Origin: an uncultured Candidatus Saccharibacteria bacterium
Lineage (GTDB): Bacteria > Patescibacteriota > Saccharimonadia > Saccharimonadales > Saccharimonadaceae
Reading direction: 5' to 3'
Length of the DNA: 64,000 nt
Assembly (NCBI GenBank): GCA_963524145.1
Contig: CAURDO010000005.1
Coordinates: 20,289-84,288, forward strand
Shown: piece after piece, positions 62,347 to 64,000 of the stretch
Layout of the letters: every line of letters begins with the position of its first letter
Position numbering within the stretch: position 1 is the stretch's first letter
Position numbers and translations under genes: made by a program
Notes under the pieces: model-generated
The model's input: only the letters and a program-made list of their open reading frames with translations
What the model was told of the DNA's origin: nothing
The model's database searches: none

Positions 62347-63063
62347 ATGGCAGGTAAAGAGTGGAGCGATGTTGATTTTGGAGGGCTGCCGAGTGTCTTG
62401 GTGGCGGCACATGAGCTAAAAACGCCGCTGTCTTTAATTCGGCAATTGACGTTAATGCTCGGCGATGATTTGACGAGTGAAGCTGATAAAAAACAGATCC
62501 AGCAGCGTATCGTCCAGACGTCCGAACAGGCGCTGCAGTTAACAGTCGACTTAGCGAATTCGGCAAATTTGACGCCGTCATTATTTCCGCTGGAACCAGT
62601 TAATCCGTTGGCGTTGTGTCAGCAGATGGCCGCGGAAACGCGATTTAATGCAGTGCTGTACGGGCGAAAAATTAGCTGGCCTCGGAGCGGGCGAAATAGC
62701 AGATTGATACTGGCAAATCGGACGTTATTGGGGCGGATTTTGGCAAATTTTTTAAACAACGCTCTGAAATATACCGAGGACGACTCAGAGATAAAAGTGT
62801 CAGTCAAGGCTGTTGGTGGCGCGGTGAGGCTGAGCGTGCGTGATTTTGGGCCGATGATGAGTTTGAAGGAGTATCGGCGGCTGCTTGATGAGATGGATGC
62901 GCGAAAAACGGTGCGGACGCGACCGGAAAGCAGTGGCTTGGGGATTTATGTGGCTAGTCAATTTGCTCGGGCGATGAACGGCCAAATTGGGTTAATCAGG
63001 CATCGGGACGGATTGACATTTTATGTGGAAATGCCGATTAGCCGGCAGCTGAGTTTGCTATGA
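62347..63063 (+). CDS. Minimal cytoplasmic histidine kinase (DHp plus CA only, no TM or sensor domain)
   Basis: H-box AAHELKTPLSLI, N-box NFLNNALKYT, G2 SSGLGIYVA. TATACT (62333-62338) lies 8 nt before the ATG. Confidence 0.85.
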   Translation: MAGKEWSDVDFGGLPSVLVAAHELKTPLSLIRQLTLMLGDDLTSEADKKQIQQRIVQTSEQALQLTVDLANSANLTPSLFPLEPVNPLALCQQMAAETRFNAVLYGRKISWPRSGRNSRLILANRTLLGRILANFLNNALKYTEDDSEIKVSVKAVGGAVRLSVRDFGPMMSLKEYRRLLDEMDARKTVRTRPESSGLGIYVASQFARAMNGQIGLIRHRDGLTFYVEMPISRQLSLL

Positions 63064-63428
63064 AAAAACTGCTGATAGTTGAGGATGATAAAAATTGGGC
63101 GGATATTTTATGCGGATATGCGGCGGCGGTTGGCGCGGAAGCGCGGGCGGTAGTTTCTGGCGGCCAGGCGATGGAAATGATTGATAATTGGCAGCCGGAC
63201 GCGATTGTCTTGGATATGCTGCTGGCGGGTGAAACGGCGGTGGCGCTGTTGAATGAACTGAGGTCGCACGCGGATTTGGCGAGATTGCCGATCGTGGTTT
63301 GCAGCAATGCGGGTGTTAATTTGGCGGATTTGCAACCGTTTGGCGTGAGAGCGCTGCTGGATAAGGCGTCAATGCTCCCGGACGAAGCGCGGGCGATTTT
63401 TAGCGAGGTTTTGGATGGGGCAGAGTGA
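63060..63428 (+). CDS. Stand-alone response-regulator receiver protein
   Basis: LLIVEDD, AIVLDMLL (Asp), VVCS, LLDK. ATGA overlap with the kinase gene. Confidence 0.85.
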   Translation: MKKLLIVEDDKNWADILCGYAAAVGAEARAVVSGGQAMEMIDNWQPDAIVLDMLLAGETAVALLNELRSHADLARLPIVVCSNAGVNLADLQPFGVRALLDKASMLPDEARAIFSEVLDGAE

Positions 63429-64000
63429 GCGGCTAAAAGCGATTGTGCTGAGGCGGACGAATTACGCCGAGGCAGATCGAGTGCTGCAACTACTGACGCC
63501 GAAAGGCCGGCGCAGTGTCATCGCCAAGGGTGTGCGTCGCGAGCGGTCGAAATTGGCGGGCGGCATTGAATTATTGGCGATTTGCGACGTGGTGATTCGT
63601 TCCGGTCGCGGAGATTTGGGGTTGTTGACCTCGGCGCGGCTGGCGGCGTTTTATCGGCATATATTGGAGGATTACGAGCGAATGCAGTTCGCTTACGCGG
63701 CGATGAAGTTGGTATCAACGGCTAGCGAAAACATTGACGAGCCGGAATGGTATTTTGTGCTAAGTCAGGTATTAGAGCAATTAAATAACCCGGCAGTTAA
63801 CCAAAAGCTGATTGAAACGTGGTTTTATGTGCAATATGCTAGCTTGCTGGGCGATGAGCTGAATTTGCGCACCGATGTGGCGGCTCAGGCGTTGTCGCCC
63901 GATAAAAAATATATGTACGATAGCGCGGAAAAGGGTCTGCGGCTGGCGGAGCAGGGCGACTTGTCGGCGGACGCCATCAAACTGCTTCGACTTATTCAAG
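63415..64000 (+). CDS. recO: DNA repair protein RecO, 3'-truncated by the window edge
   Basis: My translation from ATG 63415 reads MGQSERLKAIVLRRTNYAEADRVLQLLTPKGRRSVIAKGVRRERSKLAGGIELL..., a RecO OB-fold N-terminus. The frame stays open to nt 64000. Overlaps the upstream receiver gene by 14 nt. Confidence 0.8.
   Translation, partial: MGQSERLKAIVLRRTNYAEADRVLQLLTPKGRRSVIAKGVRRERSKLAGGIELLAICDVVIRSGRGDLGLLTSARLAAFYRHILEDYERMQFAYAAMKLVSTASENIDEPEWYFVLSQVLEQLNNPAVNQKLIETWFYVQYASLLGDELNLRTDVAAQALSPDKKYMYDSAEKGLRLAEQGDLSADAIKLLRLIQ

Noticed and set aside
1-64000. Search for tRNA, rRNA, tmRNA, SRP RNA or RNase P RNA genes, CRISPR arrays, transposases, integrases or prophage genes.
   Set aside because: The only intergenic gap longer than ~160 nt is the T-box leader. 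No cloverleaf-like sequences, repeat-spacer arrays or mobile-element proteins were seen by eye. Running tRNAscan or Infernal would be needed for certainty.

Overview
The window is a very compact, almost fully coding stretch of about 67 CDS, with no rRNA or tRNA genes, CRISPR arrays, transposases or integrases seen. It is dominated by housekeeping genes:
- Cell division: ftsA, ftsZ, ftsE, ftsX, murD.
- Translation: ileS, proS, lysS, serS, prfA, prfB, prmC, frr, tsf, rpsB, rplU, rpmA, rpmE, hpf.
- Secretion and envelope: secA, lepB, rseP, uppS, uppP, an LCP protein, HtrA, an S41 peptidase.
- DNA maintenance: recF, recO, xseA, xseB, parA, parB.

The gene content points to a small-genome bacterium with a Gram-positive-type envelope: an LAXTG sorting signal, LCP, a CHAP hydrolase next to ftsEX, and reduced protein variants. 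A CPR/Saccharibacteria-like organism using the standard genetic code is my inference, not a verified assignment.

The observations most worth a second look are:
1. A four-gene surface locus (3605-8532) with the same parts as the Csc/WxL cell-surface-complex loci of Lactobacillales. One member carries a seven-bladed RCC1 propeller.
2. A T-box leader with a textbook antiterminator (UGGUACC bulge) upstream of ileS. An AT-rich three-TM ORF sits between the leader and ileS.
3. A pervasive leaderless architecture. About 23 genes or operons start 5-10 nt after a TATAAT-like box, including two back-to-back divergent pairs.
4. An NrdR homologue lacking all four zinc-ribbon cysteines.
5. An operon of MacB-like ABC transporter, PadR and HAAS/PspC genes with a 14-bp palindrome at its promoter.
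6. Several low-GC or lineage-specific orphan genes bounded by bidirectional terminators.

All family assignments come from motif recognition by eye. No searches or computations were run.
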